Assembly (NCBI GenBank): GCA_002633005.1
Contig: NMRA01000775.1
Location: forward strand, 1 to 64,000
Length of the DNA stretch: 64,000 bases
Source of the DNA: Phoronis australis
Lineage: Eukaryota; Animalia; Phoronida
Reading direction: 5' to 3'
Part shown: positions 1 through 10,290 of the stretch, one piece after another
How the letters are laid out: each line of letters begins with the position of its first letter
How positions within the stretch are numbered: position 1 is the first letter of the stretch
Translations under genes and position numbers: made by a program
The notes under the pieces: generated by a model
Told to the model about the DNA's origin: nothing
Database searches by the model: none
The model's input: the letters and a program-made list of their open reading frames with translations, nothing else

Positions 1-1196
1 GACAACCCACTTTTAAAAAATCTGAAAAAACAATGTTAAATTAAGGCGCACACGAGCAGACCTGAAAGTTACAAAAGGCTCTAATAGTATCTTTCGACTG
101 ACGAAACCCGCCTTGTGTTCTCAATTGATTAATGAATATTAACGAGTATCTTAGTAATTTAAACTATTTCAAATTAATATGACGTTGAAGCTCATCCATA
201 TGAACATACGTACATGAATGTACGAAATGTCATTTATTCAAATTAGTTAATTAGTTAATTGATTTGTCTGTGTACCATTGAATTTGCTCTCCATGAATCA
301 AACATAAGCAGTAAGTAGGTTGAGGAAATAAAGCGCAACATTTTTTATTTTAATGAAGTTATTGTTTGTATTAGTAATCTACTCCCCCGAGTAGGCTCAC
401 AGATATGTCTCGTCCTGCTTGTGACATGATACTAAATTGAGAAGTGTTGTTAAGAAAACGCAGTGAATAAACGAGAAGTGGGCATCTCATAAATGAAGTG
501 ATGGGCGCTTGTTGAATTTGGAAGTGTTCTCGCGTTACCCATACTGATATGTTTTTGTCGTATTTTGGACTCCCTGCTTTTCTTAAGTTCAAGATTAAAT
601 AACACAGTCAAATACACTTTGAAATAAAAATATATTGTTTATTTTTTTACTTAAACATGCAAAGGCCGGCTGCATTTCGCTTTGGTTATACTGGTAAGGT
701 GAGAACTGCTTCAATGATAAATATCATGAAGCTCGTCCTCGCACTTCATGGTTTCATTTTAGAAAATGTCACATTTACTAGAGGTAGAGACAAACTCCAA
801 GATAAAAACTTTGCAACGAAATGAAGCGCAGTCCAGAGCAAGCATCATGTTCAAGAACGAGCAACAACGGCTGATGCGACAAAAACTTGTTTTGCGAAGG
901 ATCGTCTGGAAAATGCCGAAACTAGACTAAAATTCGAAGGTCCTCGGGTCACGTTAAAATCTTTGTTGAGAACTTCTGTCGTCTAAACTCAAACCAAACC
1001 CAGCACAATCCTTTTGAAGACCCTCTGTCCACTCAAGTTAACGTTGAGCTTCATAAGCGAGTTTTAAAACGTTTTTAACCTAAATGACGCTCTTACGACA
1101 CATCACATTTTATATTTACAGAACTCAATGTATGATAATATCCGAGAATAATTTTTAATCTTTGGTAGTACACAAACACAATAGACGTACAGTCTA

Positions 1197-2267
1197 CCTT
1201 TTTGCCCACTTCGCCAAATTGGGGGGGGGGNGGGGGTGCGCGCATGACAATGCTCCCCGTCAACCTTCAGAAGTTCGTAACAAGAATTTTAACCATTTAC
1301 AATATACCTGAAAAAGTTGAAATTCAAAAATTAAAACACATATTTGTTTGTAATTTAGGAAAAATCTTGATTGAACATTTCTTTCGATTGGTTCAAGACT
1401 CGCTTTACGCTAAAACACGGAAACCTATCAACCATCCAAATATAGCTCGGTGCGTGCGTAGGTTTCGGGTTTTTTAGAATGCAGAATCACTATTTAGAAG
1501 CCTCGGAGTAGCTTACATTTCAGAATACATTTCTGTTAGGAAACACATGATGTACATGTAACTGCCTTTAAGTCAATGTGAACTGCAGTCACGGCTCCAG
1601 AGCTTTACCCATGGGTTTCCAGCAAGACCGAAAAAGACCATTTGAACCAATTCTGGATATGCACCTGAATTGACCGCAGAAACAAGCCTCACCAGTCCCA
1701 ACATCTTGTCCCGAGAACAAGCAACTAAATTCATCGTCGACGCTTGGGACGAACAATGAACGTGTCACGACTCTGGGACATGTGTTGGAGTCGCATCGAC
1801 TCGTTTTCCTATCTTACAAGTAAAATGCAGGTCATCAAGGTGATATTTTAAGAATCGTTACATGATTGCAGCATTTTGGCGACTTTTGGCGATGGGTTTT
1901 GTGAAAATACCTGTTTGAGATTGGCGACCACTGTTCATCATACATGTAAAATATAGTCAAGAAGAACTTTAAAAACTCGTTTTAGTCAAGCGACTAGAAA
2001 ACTTATTTTTGACGCAATACAGTCATGCGTGCACACAACCTAAAATATAGGAGGGCTTGAATTTTTGAGAATATAGAACGTTTAATAAAACAATTGCCAA
2101 ATCACTGCCTTTTTAGTGTACTTTTGTCTCGTTTTATACTTTTTGGAGTTTTTGTTTCTCTGAGGCGGACCTTTTTGCCCACTTCGCCAAATGGGGGGAG
2201 GTGCGCGCATGACAATGCTCATCGTCAATCTTCAGAAGTTTGTAACAAGAATTTAAACCATTTACAA
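1197..2267 (+). repeat. Direct repeat pair of about 100 bp (1197-1302 and 2170-2267)
   Basis: Both copies read cctttttgcccacttcgccaaat-(G)n-gtgcgcgcatgacaatgctc..cgtcaa.cttcagaagtt.gtaacaagaattt.aaccatttacaa. Confidence 0.85.
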
Positions 2268-2652
2268 AGTTTTCTAATCAAAAGCTTGAATAACACTTAA
2301 AGTTACATTACTGGCGATACAAGATCAGCCTCAGCAAGAAATTCTGACGCGTCGCTTCATCCAACTCAGTGGATAGCAGAACTGGTAAATGGCTGGCAGA
2401 CAAAGACGAGAATTGGTGATTTGTAATAAAACCACAAAACACAACAGAGTAGACTAACTTTTATAGCTCACAGCTCTGGTCAAAGGTAATAACTTTAAAA
2501 ATCTACCCATTCAAGAATAATTCAAAATTTCCTTTTTCTACAGTAAAAATGACGACGCACCTTTAACTGGGAAAGTAAAGATTTCAAAAAATATTTATTT
2601 TTAGTGAATTTGTCTTGATATTGCATTAAAATGGCGATAAAGCAAGATACGA

Positions 2653-2658
2653 TTTATT
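2653..2658 (-). terminator. Candidate polyadenylation signal of precursor A
   Basis: AATAAA on the minus strand downstream of the ORF, with a second copy at 2594-2599. The AT-rich background makes this weak evidence. Confidence 0.25.
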
Positions 2659-2941
2659 TTTCACACAGTGTTATTTAATAGCCTTTTCTCTGATATCTCA
2701 TAAACCCGTCTACATGCAGTAAACCAATCATTGGCAGCTAAACTTGGTCTCCCGAACCACGTTAATTTTAAACAAGGTACAGGTGTGGGGAACCACAGGG
2801 TTCGTTTGGTGACACTAATAAAACTTTATCCTAACTGAGTAAGCTTTTATCTTGCAGAACCCGTTTTAAATAAAATCATCAAAACCTGTATAACACAATT
2901 TAAGCCAGTCTGCGAAATGTCAGAACGAGTTAAAGTAGTTT

Positions 2942-3138
2942 TCAAGAGTCCCAATCTGTTTTACCGTTATCAATATTTTTGCCGTAAAAATCCGTGTCGT
3001 CAGAAGTACTCTGAAACACCACCCTAATTCCATTCTATTTCGACGTCTTTCGCCACCATCTTGAAGATCTCCAACGTGTCTTCTTAGGCTTTGATACCTT
3101 TCGCCTGTTTTTTGCATCATCTAGTCCTTCAAAATATA
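2942..3138 (-). pseudogene. Frameshifted vestigial C-terminal coding tail of precursor A
   Basis: After AVGKR, the -1 frame reads YFEGLDDAKNRRK, a fourth copy of the FExLxDAK repeat. Frame 0 then reads RRHVGDLQDGGERR. The -1 frame then reads IRVVFQSTSDDTDFYGK...DWDS*, similar to LRFVSVEPPVDSTESYEK in precursor B. Confidence 0.6.
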
Positions 3139-3582
3139 CCTTTTACCGACGGCAGTGTTCCATGTCTTTGGCCTGTCGTTTGCCTCTTCCTGGTGTCTCC
3201 TTTTGCCAACAATTGGATTCGGTAGTTTTCGTTTGACGTCTTGTAGACTTTCAAAATGTGTCTTTTTGCCTACATTGTCATTCAATCTTATTCGACTTCT
3301 TTTTGCGTCCCGTAGATCTTCAAACCGCTTTCTTTTGTTGACAACCTCGACAATTCCACCTCTCCCGTATTTAGCTTCAAGCAGATCTTCAAAAGCGTCC
3401 CATAATTTCTTTGAGGATTGTCTGGATTGCACCTCATCAGGAATTGGCGAAACGAGGAAGTCGTTATGCATAGTCAGTGGTCTGTCCTGTTCTTCTTGCC
3501 AAAGACCAGATGCAACGCCACAGAGCAACATGATGAGAATCAAGAACTTTGGTTGGACATGTAAGGCTGCCGAGGAGAACAT
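3121..3582 (-). CDS. Neuropeptide precursor-like protein A (153 aa; predicted amidated V-amide peptides plus FE[D/S]LxD peptides)
   Basis: N-terminal signal-peptide-like segment (MFSSAALHVQPKFLILIMLLCGVASG). Many dibasic sites and Gly+dibasic amidation sites (NVGKK, IVGKRR, AVGKR, also KYGR). Internal repeat F-E-[DS]-L-x-[DE]-[AV]-K occurs three times. Start context is GAAATGT. Confidence 0.8.
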   Translation of the reverse strand: MFSSAALHVQPKFLILIMLLCGVASGLWQEEQDRPLTMHNDFLVSPIPDEVQSRQSSKKLWDAFEDLLEAKYGRGGIVEVVNKRKRFEDLRDAKRSRIRLNDNVGKKTHFESLQDVKRKLPNPIVGKRRHQEEANDRPKTWNTAVGKRYILKD

Positions 3583-6500
3583 TTCCAGTACTGTTCAGTT
3601 GCGAGTCTTGTGAGTCAACTGATGTTTCAGCAAGAGATTTCGTTTTATTCTCCCTGTCTATGGAACTGATTGGCAAGTTGTGCATGCCGTAATCACGTGA
3701 CGCCACGGATGATTGATTCGTTGGTTAACACAAGCATGACACCGAGTTAACGCAAGGGAGACGTGGGCTTCCGTTTCCACTCTTTTCTGGCCTTTGGTGA
3801 GTCGGCGTACCTTATTATTTAAAATGAAAAGAACTGTTGAATAGAGGCAGCTGCAGCAGCGCACTCACGTGGCAATAAATTTAATTACATCACAATTCTC
3901 GAGAGGTAGTTTCCTATTTTTCCGTCATCGGAAGGTCATCCGTCTGACCTGGAAATCGAAGTAGGGTTTTCCGACCCGGTTCGACACTTGGCGCGCTCAG
4001 CGCCAAAACATTGATGTTGCTGAATCTTTGTTTTTTTACCATTTTGAATGATTTTGATTTCTTTGGAAGTGAAGCAGCACACCATTTTACGAGTTTCCAT
4101 GATCTTTGACAAAAGCAGGCGGTTTTACGACCACACTCAATAATATTCAATAAAATGGGTTCCATGCGACCCATGCTGCATATAGCTGGTGTGCTCGGGT
4201 AAATATCATATTTTCTCGAGATCTTATAATTCTACACCTCAATGATGACTGCATGCTATGCATGCATGTTGCAATCATTCTGCACATGTCATGGTTGAGC
4301 AACTGATCAGGGATTAGGGAATGGACGAGGTACAAGGACCGCGTGAAATGACAAAGTGAAGCCAAAAGGAGGCGGAAATTGATGTGTTGCTGACCTTGAA
4401 GATCTATCCTTTTGTAGCTCATTGTTTTAAATCAATGAACTTGCCGATTCAATGAAGCTTTGCCAAGGTCGCTTTTCGTTTTGACGTGAGTCTCTCCCTC
4501 ATTCAACCTTTTGATCTGTGACTCAATCATAACCTAATAACATGGGCTTGGAAGGGGGCGATACCCCCACTTTTTCAGAGCTGCGCCGCTCATGGTCTAT
4601 AGGCGGCGGACCACAGAGGGTTTGGAGGGGGGATGGGCTTTAGCTCCCCTCTTATTTCAGTGCTGCGCCGCCCATGCATAACTATGTATTCTCTTACAAT
4701 GTTCATTTCTCGACATATCAATGACACAAATGGTGCGAAATCCCCAGTCATATCAGAAGTTTTAATATCACAGCATATGATATGACAACTTGTGATACTA
4801 TATCGTATGAGATGACTAGTTGTGATATCACGGTGAATAATCGAAAGACGACGAACATACAGGAGCACATGCGCTTAGAAGAGTTCAAGTTGAGTTCATC
4901 GGTGTGTTTGTACTTGACTGGCTTTACCAATTGCACCTGGTCAAACGGCTAAGACCTCTGATTGGCTCGTTAGCCGGAAGTCGATCGTTATCGAGAAGCA
5001 ATCAGATGCCTTAGCCTTTTAACTAGGCGGAGCCGGGGAAGTAAAAAAATGCCGCCTTTAACTTTCAAGGCCATTTATTAATATTTCTCTCCATTATTGT
5101 TATTTTTGAGAATACAAGGGCACGTGGCATAGGGTGTTTTTGTACCCGGGCAAAATATCACGCATTTCAGTGTATAGCATAAGATCGGTTTACTTTAGAG
5201 TTAGCCATCTTATATACCAACCATAGATCCAACAACTTTGACCAGTTTTGAAAACAAAGGATTGCTGCGCTCTTCTGAATAATAGTTGGAACCGACATCA
5301 TATTCGATTGGAAGACAGAACACATGGCCATGCAGGAGTAAAGGGTACCTGGTACACATTGCTGACACTGTTATAACATCGGAGGTTCGGATGCGATCAA
5401 CAGGCGCTGATTTGGTATCTGTCCACTCTCAGACTTTCTAGAGTGCTCATGCTTTATGGACGCCGATCAAGGTACAAAAGGGGATAAAAAAACCTCCTCC
5501 GTCAAAAGCAAGGTTTTAGTTTTGACCATCTTCCTCTATAAATCTGGCACTGAAGTTGTTGTTGTTGAATTAGAAACTATTCCTGGACTGAGTGATAACA
5601 AACAGTTTGTTATGGCTTGATATCAGGTTCGATAAGTTGTCTTGTCACGGCATTTGCGCCGAGCATGGTCAAGTAGTACCGAACTGCCATTCAATGCGGA
5701 CTAAAGCCACAGTTCGAGAGGTTGATCTTGGTGCAATCGCTGGTCTTGTTCAACAAAAATCGTTGTAACGTCTCTGTCTCAAGACACCAGAAAAACTTCA
5801 TAATTTATAACAAGCACACCCGATGGGTTTTCCTTAGGACAGAGAAATTTAAGAAGCCAGGCCATTTTGACTTGCTACGTCCATTAGAAAGCTATAAATG
5901 ATAAAACTGAAAAAATGCAATGTTGACGTTTTTACCCAAAATCACCATTGCCCCAGTCCCAGTACGGAGAAAACAGGTCCAATAATTTTGCCCTATAGAT
6001 TCCTGAAATACAGTATAGAATATGTTATTACGAACCAGATTTTTCCAATTTCCACCCGTCTGAAAAGTCCTGTATTTGCAACAAAAATCAAGCGGTAAAC
6101 AAGGAAGATCTCAAAAATGACTGCACTTCCTACCCGGGAGTTTCGTGATAGCAGAGGGCAAATTTAAATTTCTGAGCATCCTTTACCTAAAATAGCTTCA
6201 AAGAACCCCTGAACAGCATTCCTGGCAATCTATCGCAGAATTACCATCAAACAGGAACCATCCCAACTTTTTGATTTCTGGGGTCTTGAGGCTTCCACGA
6301 TCCTTGAAGCCATTTCTCTCAGTAAGAAACAATTTGAGACACTTGTTATTATGGAAAGTGGTCTAAATCAATACCTTTTTACCATTTATTCTTCAAACAT
6401 AACATTACAAATAGTTATCAAAAATGTTGCGGCAATGTCATTCAAATACAACATTATGAAAATGCTAACGATAGTGTTGAGCTACTTGATTTTGTATGAT

Positions 6501-6743
6501 ACACATACACACGTCAGTCACCTAGGGCAGGTCCCACTTAGATTAATTTTAAGTGAGCAATATATGCATGTACCAGTGAATGAATAGCTTAGTCAGCTAA
6601 GACAGACTACCACGGTTTCCAGAATTCCTGTAGTTTGTTTGTTTTTTTGCTTTAGAATATACTTCTCAGCAGTGAAATTTATATTCGAATAATTGATAAA
6701 AACATTTGAAATAAAGGCATTCTTTTTAATTTTGAAAGTTTTA

Positions 6744-6767
6744 GTGTGTGTGTGTGTGTGTGTGTGT
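6744..6767. repeat. (TG)n microsatellite running into the assembly gap
   Basis: Seen directly. Confidence 0.95.
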
Positions 6768-7531
6768 NNNNNNNNNNNNNNNNNNNNNNNNNNNNNNNNN
6801 NNNNNNNNNNNNNNNNNNNNNNNNNNNNNNNNNNNNNNNNNNNNNNNNNNNNNNNNNNNNNNNNNNNNNNNNNNNNNNNNNNNNNNNNNNNNNNNNNNNN
6901 NNNNNNNNNNNNNNNNNNNNNNNNNNNNNNNNNNNNNNNNNNNNNNNNNNNNNNNNNNNNNNNNNNNNNNNNNNNNNNNNNNNNNNNNNNNNNNNNNNNN
7001 NNNNNNNNNNNNNNNNNNNNNNNNNNNNNNNNNNNNNNNNNNNNNNNNNNNNNNNNNNNNNNNNNNNNNNNNNNNNNNNNNNNNNNNNNNNNNNNNNNNN
7101 NNNNNNNNNNNNNNNNNNNNNNNNNNNNNNNNNNNNNNNNNNNNNNNNNNNNNNNNNNNNNNNNNNNNNNNNNNNNNNNNNNNNNNNNNNNNNNNNNNNN
7201 NNNNNNNNNNNNNNNNNNNNNNNNNNNNNNNNNNNNNNNNNNNNNNNNNNNNNNNNNNNNNNNNNNNNNNNNNNNNNNNNNNNNNNNNNNNNNNNNNNNN
7301 NNNNNNNNNNNNNNNNNNNNNNNNNNNNNNNNNNNNNNNNNNNNNNNNNNNNNNNNNNNNNNNNNNNNNNNNNNNNNNNNNNNNNNNNNNNNNNNNNNNN
7401 NNNNNNNNNNNNNNNNNNNNNNNNNNNNNNNNNNNNNNNNNNNNNNNNNNNNNNNNNNNNNNNNNNNNNNNNNNNNNNNNNNNNNNNNNNNNNNNNNNNN
7501 NNNNNNNNNNNNNNNNNNNNNNNNNNNNNNN
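6768..7531. other. Assembly gap (N run)
   Basis: Run of N. Confidence 1.
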
Positions 7532-8482
7532 CTGAGAATAAACCCGCCGTGAGAATCAAGTTAGTGGGCGTAGTCTGATAAGTTAGAGGGTGTGGTCTGA
7601 CGCAATAACGATCTGTTAGTTCTCATAAAGTCTAGAACTGATTTCTATTCTGAGTCAGCCATTTTATAACAACAAGTGATTTAAATCAACAGTCGTTTTA
7701 TTTTCTGATGGAACGTACGGTTTTGTTGGCCCTTCCAGTTATGTAGATCCCTACTGAAAACACTGTATTTAGCAAAATATTTACACAACTTTTGGCTTAA
7801 CTCACTGGAAAGTGAAAGCCACTAGAATTAGATTTGTGATTTTTCAACAATCTTCCATTAGAACTTAGTCACAGAAAAGGAAGCTACATTGCTACCAAAA
7901 CAGGTATCAATAACACAGCCAAATTTCGTTTTATGTACGTGTTCCTAATGAAATCTCAAAACGCCTTTACAACTTTCCAAATCATCGTTTCATATTCATT
8001 TTATGGAACTTCGGATTTTTTTTCATAAAAATAAGATTCCTTTGACAATTCCTCAACAATTAACACATTGAAAACCCACAGATAGCTTTACTTGAGTTTG
8101 TGGGTACACATTAGTTAAAAACATACTATAGGGAACAATCAATCATTTCCGTATCACTGATTCAATTAATAGAAAAGTGTCCATCAGCCAAACTCACCCA
8201 AAACCTCATAAGGGACCAGCGACAACTCCACTGCTTCATAGGCGAAGAGGCTGTCTTGACGGAAGGAGATATCCTGATCACCTACAGAGAGCGACAAAGC
8301 AGCCAGTTAACATACCGGCGTGTCAAAGATGTCGTAAGGGGGGAGGGTGGAAATAATTGAAAGAAACGCCCAACAAAGAACTCGTTGACGGCCTACATTT
8401 TGGCAGTGTCCACAAGGGAGATGTAGAGGGGTTGGCAACTCTCCAGCTATAAGACATGAGAGTAACCGCTACGTTAAAATAG

Positions 8483-8745
8483 TATTGTAGACCAAATGGT
8501 GAACGTAACGCAAGCACATTACGTGCGTAAATTAACTTTAATTTAAATAATTAACTTAAACCACAAAAAAATTAATTTACCCATTAATTATTTATTTACG
8601 CTACCAACGTTCATCCATTCGGCCAACGATAATTACTGGCCTAAATTAATTATTTGCAGCGCAAATTAACTTTTGAGGGCGTAAATTAAAGTTAATTTAC
8701 ACACCTAATTTACGGGCTGATCGTTCACCCATTTGGCCAACGATA
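8483..8745. mobile_element. AT-rich foldback/MITE-like element
   Basis: Imperfect TIRs: tattgtagaccaaatggtgaacg versus cgttcacccatttggccaacgata. Inner inverted pair gtaaattaactttaattta / taaattaaagttaatttac. An extra TIR copy lies at about 8608-8631. Confidence 0.6.
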
Positions 8746-9849
8746 AAATATAACAGAGGTCTATTTCATGAAAAGTGACTCAAGACGTAAGTCAGAAACT
8801 ATATCTTGCGCTCCACACAACTGAAATTATTTGGAAACATACAAGGACTTTCAGAGTACTTCTAGCTATTAAGATAATTTCTATAAATTACTTCTAGGTT
8901 GTAATGCACTAATAACTCACTACATGTCTGAACCTTCATTTAGGAATTGTCAAGTGGAAGTCTTAAAGATGCTACGTCTCATTAAAACCGTGAATATTTA
9001 AATTTGTAGCAAGCACCACCTAGTGGTTTCTTAGAGAACTGTGCGTGGAAGTATAATCGGGGAAAGAAAAATTGTAAATACTGAATTGCGGTTTTAAAGA
9101 AAACGCCACGACTGATTCACTTAAAAACAAGTATGAGCATAGAACTAATATTTCTGAATATTACGCAATCGCTGTTTGATTGTGGAATGAATCAAAAAGA
9201 AGAATTGTGCTTTGTTTCATCAGGGTAACGATGAAATATTACCATACACATTTATACAAAAATATTCCCGCAAAAGGAGACTTTCCCGAGATTGTAATGG
9301 TAACTGGTTCTCGGTTGGATTCCGGCACACCAGAGGACCCGGGTAGGATTACACTCAACACGCCTCTTCATCATCTAAAATTTGGCGAAGGTAGTTAGTG
9401 GTAAAAAACGCTAAAACGCGCATGCTCCTATTATACTGGTGTAAACTTCGTTGAAAACACGACTAAAATTTTTGTTTGAAAGCTGTATCAAGATTTCAAA
9501 CAAAAAGTCTAGTCGTGTTTTCAACGAAGTTTTTGTTAACGAAGGGCTGCTACCGAACTATACGGAATCTTTCGAGTGACTTTTAGTTCCGCTCTAAAAG
9601 TCTTGTCCGTGCAAGTGATCATTTTTCACAAGCATGCCTGCAAACAAGTGTATGGCAGTTTGTCTGCGCAGAACCTGTAGACAAATGTTTCCGACTTTTC
9701 GTCGACGTCTTGGTCACGTACGCTCTTCAGTACATGTCTGGCGACATCTGATAAAACAGCTAGTTATTTACTACGCACTTCAAAAGCATATTTACATCAT
9801 TTTTGGCCATAGTAATGTAAAAAATGGACAACCGCCGCACAAATAAAAA

Positions 9850-10290
9850 AGTTCATGTTCATTCAACGTTTCGTCTATTCATAAGACATCATCAGGATAA
9901 TGTATACAATAAGACAGCAAGTGTCGAGTACCAGTCAAGTCACATCTATGAAGTGAAATGAGAGTAGCAAGAGATACAGGGAATAGTAAGTAGGTTATCA
10001 CCATACAGTAGTTGTAGGGTCACTGAGCTTTGCATGTTATAGAGAGAATCTGTAGCATGCTGGTCTTTTATGGGTTCTTTACAAATAATACTAACTGAAT
10101 TGGCTTGGTGGTTGTTGCTAACACAAAGCCTATAGTAGATGTTACTTTTGTCGGAGGCGTTAAGTTCTTTCAGCCTGTCACAGAGGCGTGTCTTTGTGAG
10201 TCAATAGAATTCCTTACAGTTGTCACATTCAACCTTATAAACAACATTGCAAGCAAATTAAAGCATAGTATGGTGTTCAGGTCATGGTGA
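9850..10290 (-). mobile_element. Penelope-like retroelement remnant (GIY-YIG endonuclease 3' end)
   Basis: Minus-strand translation NVVYKVECDNCKEFY*LTKTRLCDRLKELNASDKSNIYY...NNH matches the PLE GIY-YIG pattern (VVY-x-x-x-C-xx-C-xxx-YIG-x-T-xx-L-xx-R-xx-EH), with the IG disrupted. A hammerhead-like motif follows. Confidence 0.8.
9861..9900 (-). ncRNA. Degenerate minimal hammerhead ribozyme motif (PLE type)
   Basis: Minus strand reads UUAUC-CUGAUGA-U-GUCU-UAUGAAU-AGAC-GAAA-CG-UU-GAAU. Both core boxes are present, with a 4-bp stem II and a palindromic loopless stem III. Stem I has only 2 bp. Confidence 0.55.

Noticed and set aside
2920-3120. 66-aa ORF starting immediately after precursor A's stop (possible readthrough or second gene)
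   Set aside because: It is better explained as part of the frameshifted vestigial tail. Only its middle matches the precursor repeat.
3155-3613. 152-aa + strand ORF (and 55045-55314, 55286-55471, 55468-55671)
   Set aside because: These are antisense shadows of the precursor genes with no independent features.
6693-7578. Long ORFs in the track spanning the first gap (and 60737-61664 at the second)
   Set aside because: They are artefacts of N runs translated as X.
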